The position numbers were made by a program, and so were the translations under genes. The notes beneath the pieces were generated by a model, which was not told the DNA's origin, ran no database searches, and was given only the letters and a program-made list of their open reading frames with translations. Positions 28,801 to 37,508 of a DNA stretch of 53,365 nucleotides are shown in pieces (the first letter of the stretch is position 1; every line of letters begins with the position of its first letter). The DNA is from a virus (Duplodnaviria; Caudoviricetes): positions 1-53,365 of the IMG/VR virus record IMGVR_UViG_3300025674_000056, one strand, 5' to 3'.

Positions 28801-30257
28801 TCGTTCGGGTAGTTGCGGTGAAAAAATCCTCGTTGGCCTTCGGGCAGGCATGTCCAGATAGGAAGTTGTGTGAAGCTTTTACCTCTTATCCTAATCGCCC
28901 CGCCGAACTTGTTATGAAACCTCTCTAGAATCGAATCTACAAGGAAGCGATGGTTTCGGTCTTTTGCATCAGGAAGGTTTCGAGACGCTTGGTTGAAGCG
29001 GATGCCGTCAGGCCAGTTACTGCCGAAAGTAACCTCTAGTGGTTCAAACTCCAAACCCTCTTTGGCGATAAATGATCTATTCTTTACCATGTAGTAAAGA
29101 AGCTTGGGAACATAAGACTCCCAAGTCTCCACCACGCTTGAGGCTGCAAAGATGTTATCGGGGAAAATGAGTTTGCACGCCGCATCCAGACCGAGAACGC
29201 TGCCCTTGGACTTGTACATCAGCACAGCATTTCGTAGCTGTGCCCGCCACCGAGTATGCTCTCCTGTAAGAAGACGCCATCCGATATTATTTGCTAAAAG
29301 CTCAAGGAACTGCTCAGGACAATCATCAATACTGAGTAGGTCGCTGATCTCCTCAAGAATAAGGTTGATGTCCGCAACGCCCAAACTAAGGGCTTTGAGG
29401 AATCTTTGAAAGGGTCCTGCGTCTCGAAGTTTGGTCGGGAAGACTCCTGTGTTTGTGATAACCGCTGTAAGAGAGTCCTTGTAGAAGTCGTGGTTCTTAA
29501 GCCTCTTATCAGTCCAAGTTTCTAACTGTGCGCGAACCGCCTCATACAGTTGCGTTCCTGAAAGATGAATGTTTGCAGATAGATCAGAGTCGGGTAATCC
29601 GTACCCCTCGGGAATAAATCCTGCATAGAACGTGCTGTTCTCACGATTCTCCCAGAAGAACCTGAACAGAGCGTTCAACGCCTCTTGCTCAGTCGCCTCT
29701 TGGCCGTCGTACACCGCATCCGCTAAATACTCAACCTCGATAGCCGAAGCATAGGAAGATGCTACGGCGCCCTCAAGAGAAGAGGTGTTCATCATATAGA
29801 ACAAGCCCAGATTGTCTAAGAGATACTCATGCGTAAGCTCAAGACTACTGTAAGTTCCAAACCCATATGATGAGAGTTCCCCATAGAATCCAGTCGGATC
29901 ATTTAGAACCGCGTCTGGAAGAAAGGTGTTCGTTAGCCATCTTTTGAACTCAGTCTTCGATGCAAAGTCGTCATAAGTTAACCCATATATCGCTAAGACT
30001 TTTCCTTGAAAAGAGTTAGGAGTAACGTGGGTTCGGCTGTCGGGTACGAAATACTCTGCGACTTGTTCTTTTGTACGTCCGCTCACCTCGAAGAGCAGTT
30101 CATTTTGAATGGCGGCTTTCAGCAGCTTTCCAAGGAAAGTTAGACTAACATCCTCTTCCGATCCGTAGGTCCGGTAATCGGTAACGCGATAAAATTCAGG
30201 AACGCCACGATTGACGACCTCGATATAATCATGCTTGTTTGTTGAGGAGAAAGCCAT
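25884..30257 (-). CDS. Baseplate wedge protein (gp7 / P2 gpI-like domain) with long extensions
   Basis: 'LLSIDDCPEQFLELLANNIGW...RAQLRNAVLMYKSKGSVLGL' and a later 'FVPLHAV' fit the P2 tail protein I domain. Follows gp6. Confidence 0.75.
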   Translation of the reverse strand: MAFSSTNKHDYIEVVNRGVPEFYRVTDYRTYGSEEDVSLTFLGKLLKAAIQNELLFEVSGRTKEQVAEYFVPDSRTHVTPNSFQGKVLAIYGLTYDDFASKTEFKRWLTNTFLPDAVLNDPTGFYGELSSYGFGTYSSLELTHEYLLDNLGLFYMMNTSSLEGAVASSYASAIEVEYLADAVYDGQEATEQEALNALFRFFWENRENSTFYAGFIPEGYGLPDSDLSANIHLSGTQLYEAVRAQLETWTDKRLKNHDFYKDSLTAVITNTGVFPTKLRDAGPFQRFLKALSLGVADINLILEEISDLLSIDDCPEQFLELLANNIGWRLLTGEHTRWRAQLRNAVLMYKSKGSVLGLDAACKLIFPDNIFAASSVVETWESYVPKLLYYMVKNRSFIAKEGLEFEPLEVTFGSNWPDGIRFNQASRNLPDAKDRNHRFLVDSILERFHNKFGGAIRIRGKSFTQLPIWTCLPEGQRGFFHRNYPNDPSNSEGFYVAVPPWEKYGFYTETEIDTDRIAFFCDVLSGSRNDGGFEVDEYVVQAFSDLANTAINSAYAASGTPVYAENNKFRLFTSGHILPPDYLDYVEYGETDSLSDFDIWNTKGSHLFATFDAESLDFVVNAYDTFRSKAALETYRDVLRTFVPLHAVVRILLYLDLEDTYIPSGTLCVFQDACLDDFNTGWLGSRRTNFWAGASGTGDLSTTYVNGDGRILPSYESASSTFWQASATDLDRNASRRRNYRYALDCYPYTRGGKGMPIALNYYDGSSSNPYLNSDEYIAKGFEYDRQAFEAPSSVVWDNSGFYSSTGCESEKTSGNFELSTLYPFRVVGEEDFECSSLPVYRDTLKGVMEVMTNRTLEGDRFFDFTDASYRGFEFGTTLHESYSIYKNEFSGSLENNQSPNQPYYGGHNFLSYAFGPTLWNSDFQYKGTITQFSEITTATSAVYPQIALNDSGLTDTSVQPIQGQREDVEMYGNWEYMLAATPRNGFFDLDDGDVGAGTPVSFSGYLNYFVVVRPKNSDLNFALPSNWASLGYSTDDVCLLWHDATGCTGGNASWSVEGSDNVLLNGTTGAILTVAGFEVSAYDQPRQVRVSVTSHDGSSLTLTNTFTLSGDSTRSDSRYGYDSQWRKVVGGNKSEGQQYQNSEGEINSVAPRTYFVDAPSGITYGNRLKTSEFLSGIEIHQPRRNSKSFIVVNSLDVTKDSTLRGNALTLFNTDGVPLEVVVPFDPATQGTQTYNMLRPQSQFYVDVFAKTQNNNVDQQIGISLVTSGVTQDDGTGREWSFHWPSSKWIPTDMVTNTDDLVKKLTVPAYEECVRPYRVDFHAQDIHTIKDIPCVSAFMSSSVHTSSTGYQIRVTNQSTTPSDQDGLNIYEISVVDKCLNYNMNNFNASEVDRIYTFWDTLSDGKYSREVVDSSGYFETSGGSRAEYLELVGYTDYTASSTVTVASTDYDIVEIQVED

Positions 30258-31879
30258 CAGACAAATTGAACGTTCATCTCAATGTTGTTGAGTTGAATAA
30301 TCTCGTTAAAGTCTACATAAATATCATTTTCGTAGTTATCAATGCTGAAGAAACGAGCGCCAGGATCTTCTAGGATATAGTTAATCAGATCAGAAAGAAT
30401 AAAAGGTGTTCCGAAATCTCGAGTCGTTACGGAAAAGAACTCTACAATTCGATTTGCGATTCTCTGTTTTACGTCTTCAGAAGATAATTTTTGGCTGCGG
30501 TCAATATACAAAGTGCCTGCGATATCGAGAGTTCGAACGATGCCATCCACAACTGTAAGCTCATCCGTAAGCATTCGATAGTTATTCAAGTATTCGAGAA
30601 GCTCTCGCTTGAACTCTGAGGAGGCACGCTCCAGGTGGTTTTCGGTAGCTCGCTGAAGAACATAGATATCAATCATGTTACCCGCGCTGCCGTTATCTCG
30701 CAGGACCGCCAGCCCTTTACCAGTCTTACCTGCTACGCTTCGAAACTTGTTTACAAAGGCTGTGTAGTCCTGTCCTGTAACTGCGCGGTATTGTGTGGCA
30801 AACCACATGGGACCAAATCTACGAGCTTCCTCCAGGGACTGGGCATCCACGCCGCCTGTCGCAGCGGACTTGTTGGTATAAGAAGCGTTAACTGTAGAGC
30901 CAAGACCCGCTGTTAGAGTAACGCTTTTATTTAAGTACTCCGAGGTGACGTTTCCGCGTAGACCACCGCCTGTGCGGTACATGACGGTGTACGCGGTGCC
31001 AGGAGGGGGGACCTTTCCGACATCACCGTCACCAAACATGAGACGACAAGAAAAGTCCTCGTTATTTTTTCGCTGGAAAACTTTAGCGCCTGCGGATGCA
31101 AACCATATATTTTCAATCTCGGTGTAAAACCCATCAAACGCAGATACAATCACACTTCCTTCGACCACAGAGGGTAACGGGATATCAATTGTTTGGTTTG
31201 TAACACTTTGCGCAAACGTTCCTTGCAGCGTCTGCATCTTACCTTCTAGAAGTAGAAGCCCATCCACAGAGCTACCGTCTGCATTGAAATCGTCATCCCG
31301 AGTTAATGTTAACGACTCAGACTGCATGTCAATATCGCCGTCCGAACCTACCTTGTATAAGGTGTATGTTAAGGGTAGGTTATCGCGCGTGCTTACCGTG
31401 TCTATTGACCTGTCGTCGCCAGAAAGAGTGATCGAATCCCCTGCCCCCAACACGTTATCAGTAGTTAAGGTGCAAGTTGCCTTTGCAGGGACAGAGCCTC
31501 GGATTTGAATACCGATAAGCTCAAGAAGTTTCATCAACCCTTCAGAGGTTTTAGCGGTTGCGATGTAGTTCTCCTGCGCCAGCGCATCCGCTTTGAACGA
31601 TAGCACGGCAGCCATATATGCAAAAAGCTCAGAGAGCATCTGTCCTAGATCAGATTCAACGAAGTTAGTGTAATCGTTTGGATAGACAGATTTAACGTAA
31701 TTATTGAACGACTCCTTGAACTCATCAAAATCAGCGGTAGAGAAATCAATTAAGTCTTTTCTTAACGCGGCAGGAATACCACCAAGGCGTAAAAAGTCTG
31801 ACGTTACCTGCCCATCAAATCCGCTAGGATTATAAATAGACTCAAATGCAGGGTTGAAACCGGGAATATTATTAGCCAT
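30257..31879 (-). CDS. gp6: Baseplate wedge subunit (gp6 / baseplate J-like)
   Basis: DFDEFK..YP..YTNF.ESDLG, LSFKAD...ENYI, FGDGDVGKVP, YRTGGG..GNV, GGVDAQS and RAVT..DY. Confidence 0.93.
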   Translation of the reverse strand: MANNIPGFNPAFESIYNPSGFDGQVTSDFLRLGGIPAALRKDLIDFSTADFDEFKESFNNYVKSVYPNDYTNFVESDLGQMLSELFAYMAAVLSFKADALAQENYIATAKTSEGLMKLLELIGIQIRGSVPAKATCTLTTDNVLGAGDSITLSGDDRSIDTVSTRDNLPLTYTLYKVGSDGDIDMQSESLTLTRDDDFNADGSSVDGLLLLEGKMQTLQGTFAQSVTNQTIDIPLPSVVEGSVIVSAFDGFYTEIENIWFASAGAKVFQRKNNEDFSCRLMFGDGDVGKVPPPGTAYTVMYRTGGGLRGNVTSEYLNKSVTLTAGLGSTVNASYTNKSAATGGVDAQSLEEARRFGPMWFATQYRAVTGQDYTAFVNKFRSVAGKTGKGLAVLRDNGSAGNMIDIYVLQRATENHLERASSEFKRELLEYLNNYRMLTDELTVVDGIVRTLDIAGTLYIDRSQKLSSEDVKQRIANRIVEFFSVTTRDFGTPFILSDLINYILEDPGARFFSIDNYENDIYVDFNEIIQLNNIEMNVQFV

Positions 31880-32336
31880 TTATCTGTGCTCCTTGGGCGT
31901 TGACGGTGAGATTGATTGTTTGAGTAGAGAATACATCGTCCTTGATCGAAAAAACAAGCGAGATATCTACGCCTGAATTTTCTTCATTGGGAGTAACTTG
32001 TAAAGTTCGAATCGACACGCGCGGCTCAAAGCGTCGAATAGCGGTCTCGATTGATGAATTGATTTCGCTAATTAGCTGGCCGTCAAGTGGGGCGAACACG
32101 GAGTTTCGAAGGATAGTTCCGTAAGTATAGTTCATCGGGCGTTCGCCCTGTTGAGTCATTATGAGTTGGATCAGCCCGTCTTTGATCGCCTCCGCGTCAA
32201 AGTTACGAGCAAACATACCTCCAGTGTTAGAGGTGTTGACAGGAAACTGAAGACCCTTTACAGTTCGTGTGCTGTCTTTTGTTACGAAGCTAAGGTCTCC
32301 GTAAGTGCGCTTACCTGATCCAAATTGATTAACCAT
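31872..32336 (-). CDS. gp25: Baseplate wedge protein (gp25 / GPW family)
   Basis: 'IKDGLIQLIMTQQGERPMNYTYGT..F...IETAIRRFEPRV'. Confidence 0.93.
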   Translation of the reverse strand: MVNQFGSGKRTYGDLSFVTKDSTRTVKGLQFPVNTSNTGGMFARNFDAEAIKDGLIQLIMTQQGERPMNYTYGTILRNSVFAPLDGQLISEINSSIETAIRRFEPRVSIRTLQVTPNEENSGVDISLVFSIKDDVFSTQTINLTVNAQGAQING

Positions 32337-35300
32337 TACAGTAGGTGGTACGGTCTTTCGATTCCGCCGAAGAACGGACTTTGTGCGTTATAGTTTTTCT
32401 CCACCTCTAATTTAGATAGGGGCTTTGAGTACATCTTAAAACTTCCGAGGTGGCCGTCAAGACCGCTGCGAGCGAGCCTGTAATCTACTCCAGTCGGGAA
32501 ATAACCTCCAAGCCCCGCCACTCTATCGTCAGGGGGGTTCGTAATCGTATGTTGGCCCACAGGGCCACCGCTAATGTCCACCCCTAACGAAGAGAAATAA
32601 GAGGTGTTGGTATTCGTTCCTAAGAATCCTGGGAGTGTTGTTCGTGGGGTAGCGCCGGGTAGCGTGAAAGGGGATTCAGTAATACCATCCGTAAACCCAC
32701 CCCCTAGAATCCAGGGAGTGAAGATGGGTGTATCAGGAGCGTCACCGTCGTACAGCTTTTCGCCAAATAATCCAGTCCTATCGTGATAATGACCTTCTGT
32801 AATACGAGAAGGGATTTGAAGGGGGATTCCTGGCTTGTTATCAAACAACACGCTAGTATTGCCTGAGGCGAGGAACTCGCCATTCACATACATCGAGATG
32901 CTGTCCGTAGCAACGTCACATACAATATTATAATGAGTGAAGGCGCTTGAAGCATCAGCGATGCTATACCCACTCTCGGTGGTAGCGGACGCTGGAATCT
33001 TGAAGCCTAGTTCGGTGCGACATGCTTCACTGCTACCTTCTCCCGACACCGACTCAGCAATGGTAACGCTCTGGCCCCACTCTGGATCATTCTGCGCCAC
33101 GGTGGGAAGAACTACAAACTCCAGGCCAGCGGAGACATCCGTTCCTGGATCGCCCTTATCACGGAATCCTACAAGCATTCCTTTTGTTCTGAACTTTCGA
33201 GGAATGCCTTGCTGCTCGTCGATATTCGCGGCAGTAAAAATACTTGTTGAAAAAGTATTCGTTACGGGAACGCCACAGTTTTCATTCGCCGCCACGAGCT
33301 TATAGCGGTGATCTGTCGTCATGCCTGTATACAGGTCAGGTGCATAAACCCAGAAATCCATGCTCCACCCGCGAGGATTATACATCAGATCATCCAACGG
33401 CTGCGAGGCGGGGTAAGGAACATTCTTGCGGTAGTTGTTTGGCAGCCTGACGTAGGACCCTGAATCAATGTGCGAGTAACGAACCCCATATTTCTCACCA
33501 GGACGGTAAATAGAGCCTGTTAGGTATGGGATAGAGATACCAGAAACGAAGATGGAAGACGCTGCTCCCACCATCTTTGCGTTCAGCGGGTAACCCCTAT
33601 CTACGTAGTTCTTAACCTCGTACTCATCTGAGTCGGGAGTTGTGGGTGCCTTGGACTCTAAGAAGTTATAACAAACTACAAGAGAGTCCGTAACGATAGA
33701 GTCGTCAAGCGTTCGTAGGTATGGCGCAATTCCAGACAGCGTGGCAGAGGCTACCGCAGAAGCTCCAGTGCTTCCTGAGGTATTTACAAAATCAGCAGTC
33801 CCGTAAGGAGGCAAAGAAAGCTCTGGAATTGCATCATACTTCGCGCCTGGACCCTGCTCCAAGAATACAGGAACGATCGGTGCCGTGGTGTCGTCTAGAT
33901 CCGAGGAGTGAAGCATTACCTGATTCTGGGATTCCAGTTCGGGGATCAGTCCGATCTCTTTTAGGTAAGAGAAGTCGTTTATCGGGATCCTAGGGATGAA
34001 CTCGATCGACGATGTTTGAGGTCCGCCTGAGAAAGAAACTCTCTGGAACTTCTCCTGACTACCACAAATAGATTGGATCAGGGATGCTTGCTTCTTTTCG
34101 AACTCTTGGAAGAACAGCCCTTCTCCGCGAGGGTCGCCAGGAGGCGTCACGCCGAAGGGTCCGAACAGTGCAGCGATTTGCAACTGCTTTTTACGCTTCT
34201 TGATCTTTCTGTCGTAAGTGTGCGCCACTGAAGCGTAGCTCTCTTCGTAGTTCTTGACGATGGCCGAACTAGCATCGTACCCGGAGGCGATCAAATCCGC
34301 GACCTTACCCTTTACATCACGAACCTGTAGATCTCTATCGTTTGTAAGACTTACAAGTACATCGTCATACTTGTAGAACTCTAGAACCTTGGGCGTCTCA
34401 TTTTCATAAGCGTCCGAAAGAATCGTGTCCGCAAATCGAAGCGTACTATCTTCCGTATACGCCTGACCTCGACCGCCTCGATTGGCCTCATAACGTAACT
34501 GCCAAGAGGCTGAATCAATTGCCCGTGCTGTAACGTATGGGATGCTACCTGTTCTAGAGTCGTAATAGATACCGTCTTCAGACAGAATGAACTTACCTTC
34601 TGTCGATACAGGAGGTCCAAACACCGTATCGAAAACAGGCGCGTCTTCTTCCGCAGCCTGCTCCCCCAGCAACCGCGCCTTGATTATGTCCAGAGCGGCG
34701 CGGTTTTCAGCATAAGGTTGTACAATGTTATCTACGACGTACTTCTCAAAATTGTCCAAGGACCGACTATTAGCTACGCTTAATTGCTCACGAAATGCTA
34801 CGATCTGCTCTTCTTCAAAAGCGCCAGTCTCCTCAAGCTCATTAATAAAATTATCCAGGGCGGCGCCGACTAAAGAAACATTCAGAGACGGATTGGGTAA
34901 CTCCCCTGAAGCGCGCTTGGCGATAACGTCATTCACCTGGTTAAGAGTCTCTAAAGTGGCGTTGAGATCAGCTTGCATCTCACTAATCCTTGAGTTAGAC
35001 GCTGCCGTTTCAAGCTGGAGCGAGAGGGAGGTATCAGGATTGGGTCCTTTTAGCTCAGACTCCAGTTCCGAGTTCATCTGGTCGATTGAAGCGGCGTCAG
35101 CAGTTGTTCCTTCAGGAAGGCTATCTTCTGCGAAAGGCTCCTCGCCTCCGTCTACGAGAGTTTTTGCAAGTCGTCCAGCGGCCAACGCACCCGCAGCCAG
35201 CCCCGCGACCTTTGCGATACTTTTCGCTGTGTTAGCTAACTTCTTTACAGTCTTTCCGTTAATAAATGTATCAGTCTCTACGTTGCCTTCTAGACGATCC

Positions 35301-35419
35301 TTTCGTGCCTTCTCAGACGAAAGGGCAGCAGCCTGGTCTTCAGCCTTCATCGTCATAGAATCAGAGACCGAAGCCAGGGCTCCTGTGGGCAGCATATTAA
35401 GTGTGTCAGGTGAAAACAT
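32336..35419 (-). CDS. Structural protein with N-terminal helical region and C-terminal LamG/concanavalin-like domain
   Basis: WSMDFWVY, FTHYNIVCD....ISMYVNG and 'LDGHLGSFKMYSKPLSKLEVEKNYNA' are LamG_3-type motifs. Confidence 0.7.
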   Translation of the reverse strand: MFSPDTLNMLPTGALASVSDSMTMKAEDQAAALSSEKARKDRLEGNVETDTFINGKTVKKLANTAKSIAKVAGLAAGALAAGRLAKTLVDGGEEPFAEDSLPEGTTADAASIDQMNSELESELKGPNPDTSLSLQLETAASNSRISEMQADLNATLETLNQVNDVIAKRASGELPNPSLNVSLVGAALDNFINELEETGAFEEEQIVAFREQLSVANSRSLDNFEKYVVDNIVQPYAENRAALDIIKARLLGEQAAEEDAPVFDTVFGPPVSTEGKFILSEDGIYYDSRTGSIPYVTARAIDSASWQLRYEANRGGRGQAYTEDSTLRFADTILSDAYENETPKVLEFYKYDDVLVSLTNDRDLQVRDVKGKVADLIASGYDASSAIVKNYEESYASVAHTYDRKIKKRKKQLQIAALFGPFGVTPPGDPRGEGLFFQEFEKKQASLIQSICGSQEKFQRVSFSGGPQTSSIEFIPRIPINDFSYLKEIGLIPELESQNQVMLHSSDLDDTTAPIVPVFLEQGPGAKYDAIPELSLPPYGTADFVNTSGSTGASAVASATLSGIAPYLRTLDDSIVTDSLVVCYNFLESKAPTTPDSDEYEVKNYVDRGYPLNAKMVGAASSIFVSGISIPYLTGSIYRPGEKYGVRYSHIDSGSYVRLPNNYRKNVPYPASQPLDDLMYNPRGWSMDFWVYAPDLYTGMTTDHRYKLVAANENCGVPVTNTFSTSIFTAANIDEQQGIPRKFRTKGMLVGFRDKGDPGTDVSAGLEFVVLPTVAQNDPEWGQSVTIAESVSGEGSSEACRTELGFKIPASATTESGYSIADASSAFTHYNIVCDVATDSISMYVNGEFLASGNTSVLFDNKPGIPLQIPSRITEGHYHDRTGLFGEKLYDGDAPDTPIFTPWILGGGFTDGITESPFTLPGATPRTTLPGFLGTNTNTSYFSSLGVDISGGPVGQHTITNPPDDRVAGLGGYFPTGVDYRLARSGLDGHLGSFKMYSKPLSKLEVEKNYNAQSPFFGGIERPYHLL

Positions 35420-35432
35420 AGTAAACTCTCTT

Positions 35433-35439
35433 TATCTAG
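35433..35439 (-). promoter_or_regulatory. Late-promoter-like motif CTAGATA
   Basis: 13 nt upstream of ATG 35419. Overlaps the TAG stop of the spike gene. Confidence 0.45.
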
Positions 35440-37508
35440 GTATTATCAAGCGCAACTGATGCTAACCATGGACTCATAGCAGCGGCAACCCTACGACCCA
35501 AGGTACGCAGATCATCTCTACCGATGTGACGAGAATCCCATACTGGGAAATCATTCATAGTGGCTGTGCCCGCATTGGTAATGAAGTCGGGGGCAGACTG
35601 TTGCATGTTTAAAATCGCAGTACCATTACCGCCTGTAGCGGTATCAATTCCGCTAACCAGGGCTTGTGGCATATCACACTGAACCCAGAAAGCATTTTCT
35701 GCGCCATGAATACTAGAACGTAACTGGCTGGCAAGCCCAGCCAAAGCGCCGCTGAAGTCATTTGGAGCCATGTTATACAAAGCATCCGAAGCACCGAGGC
35801 TACACCAAATCACTGGAGTATAGTCTGGGTTTTGTAGCATAAAGGTATTGCAGTAGTCGATGGCCTTTTGCGTAAGCTTTCCAGTCGGCTCCCACTGATC
35901 CAGTCCCGCAGAAAGTGCTGCGCCGTCCTGTGCTCCACAGTAAACAGTAACTTCAGGAACCATGCTCGCATATAGTCTACGGATCTCTTTAGCAGCAGGT
36001 AGACGCATGCAAATGCCCCCTAAATCATCCTGGGCAGGGTGAGTGAAAACGTGACGCTGCCCTGCGGGTGCAATGTAGTGCTTATAGCGGTTGGCTTCGA
36101 TGCCTTGCGAAAGCTCGAAGATTGTAGGATCGGAAACATCCTCGGCTGTCAACTCGCCTGGCTCTTCCAGAAGACCGTTGTTGGACTGGCCGATCGAGAT
36201 AACGAAAAGCTTGATCGTTCGAGAAGCACTTGTCGTGCCGCCCACGCCAGCAGCCGTGGACACTTCATTCGCCGTAGGCGCTCTTCGGGAAACGAAGGGA
36301 GTGGAGGTGCCGTCGAAGAAGGTATTACCAGTATCGGGATCTTCTACTCGGGACTCGGCAGTACCAGGGAGCGGGGGAGTAGTGAAAGGAGATCCAGGTT
36401 GCTGCTCTCCGTGAATATGAGTGCCAAGCCCAATACCTCCAGCAGTTATCGCCTCCCCAGTAGAGGTAATGGTCAGACCGTTCAGATTAATCAGGGGAGC
36501 ATTTATTTGGACAAGGGCAGGGGAAAGGGTAATAGTTGATCCTCCGCAAGTCAATACAATTTGATTTGAAGCTTCAGCAATCACAGTACCATCTTCTGCG
36601 ATGTAAGAAATATCCCCGTCACGAGAAACTTCAATAATACCACCTTTAGAAGCAGTGCGTCGAATCCCATTTTCAGCTTCAATGATGTGTTGACCTTTGT
36701 AAGCTTTATCCACGATATCGCCTGAGCCTCTATTATCCCTGCGCTGACTGCCGCTTCCTTTTGCGATCTCATGCAGTTGGTTTCCTTTGTGCGAAATATG
36801 AGTTTGATCTCGTTCAGTCTTGAGCCATGCGGTGTCCGCTTTCTCGCCACCTGAGATAATCTCGAACATGTTAGGACCGCCTTCGTTGGAGACCTTCTCA
36901 TCACAAATTTTAATCCTATCGTGGGCACCTGCCTCTGGGTGGCCGTCGTTAATATGGATATGCTTGCCTGACGAAGATTGAACAAGGATACCCGTATCAT
37001 GAGTTCCCTTATCTGTAATCTTATGAGACATGATAATCTTATGCCCTTTCTTGTGCTTCCACATATCCTTTTGCGGAAGATCGTTATCAGAGTATACTAG
37101 CTGACCTTCAGGGATTCCCGAGTCGTAAATGTGCTTACTGTCGGAAGGCGTTCTAGCTAAAGGATCTTTTTGAGTGTTGTTCGACTCGTCTGCGTCATTC
37201 TTATCGTGGGATAGAGACGCCCGCCCCATTGTCTGAAGCATCGGCAGTGCAACGGCACCTAACCAGATATACTGTACTGGCACACGAACTTTATTGATCC
37301 TGATAGGAGGAGCTTCCACATAAATCACAAGGCTCCCTGGCCCTGGAACGGACAAGAAACCGTGGCCGTCCCCAATGTTTGGGCTGGAGGCGACCGCTTG
37401 AATAGTTGTACCGCTCTCGTCCCCGTTAGAGTCCAAAGGAGCGATGGTCAACTTCCCGCCAGCGGTGTCGTCGCTAGTGTCTACTACTCTGCCTAGTTTA
37501 GTTATCAT
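35436..37508 (-). CDS. Baseplate central spike (gp5/gpV-like) fused to a C-terminal SGNH (CE6/SASA-like) esterase
   Basis: N-terminal OB-fold-like 'GRVVD..D...GKL...GFLSVPGPGSLV...WLGAV', beta-helix repeats, apex 'GIGLGTHIHG', then GQSN, 'W..LGASD' and DSRH. Confidence 0.75.
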   Translation of the reverse strand: MITKLGRVVDTSDDTAGGKLTIAPLDSNGDESGTTIQAVASSPNIGDGHGFLSVPGPGSLVIYVEAPPIRINKVRVPVQYIWLGAVALPMLQTMGRASLSHDKNDADESNNTQKDPLARTPSDSKHIYDSGIPEGQLVYSDNDLPQKDMWKHKKGHKIIMSHKITDKGTHDTGILVQSSSGKHIHINDGHPEAGAHDRIKICDEKVSNEGGPNMFEIISGGEKADTAWLKTERDQTHISHKGNQLHEIAKGSGSQRRDNRGSGDIVDKAYKGQHIIEAENGIRRTASKGGIIEVSRDGDISYIAEDGTVIAEASNQIVLTCGGSTITLSPALVQINAPLINLNGLTITSTGEAITAGGIGLGTHIHGEQQPGSPFTTPPLPGTAESRVEDPDTGNTFFDGTSTPFVSRRAPTANEVSTAAGVGGTTSASRTIKLFVISIGQSNNGLLEEPGELTAEDVSDPTIFELSQGIEANRYKHYIAPAGQRHVFTHPAQDDLGGICMRLPAAKEIRRLYASMVPEVTVYCGAQDGAALSAGLDQWEPTGKLTQKAIDYCNTFMLQNPDYTPVIWCSLGASDALYNMAPNDFSGALAGLASQLRSSIHGAENAFWVQCDMPQALVSGIDTATGGNGTAILNMQQSAPDFITNAGTATMNDFPVWDSRHIGRDDLRTLGRRVAAAMSPWLASVALDNT

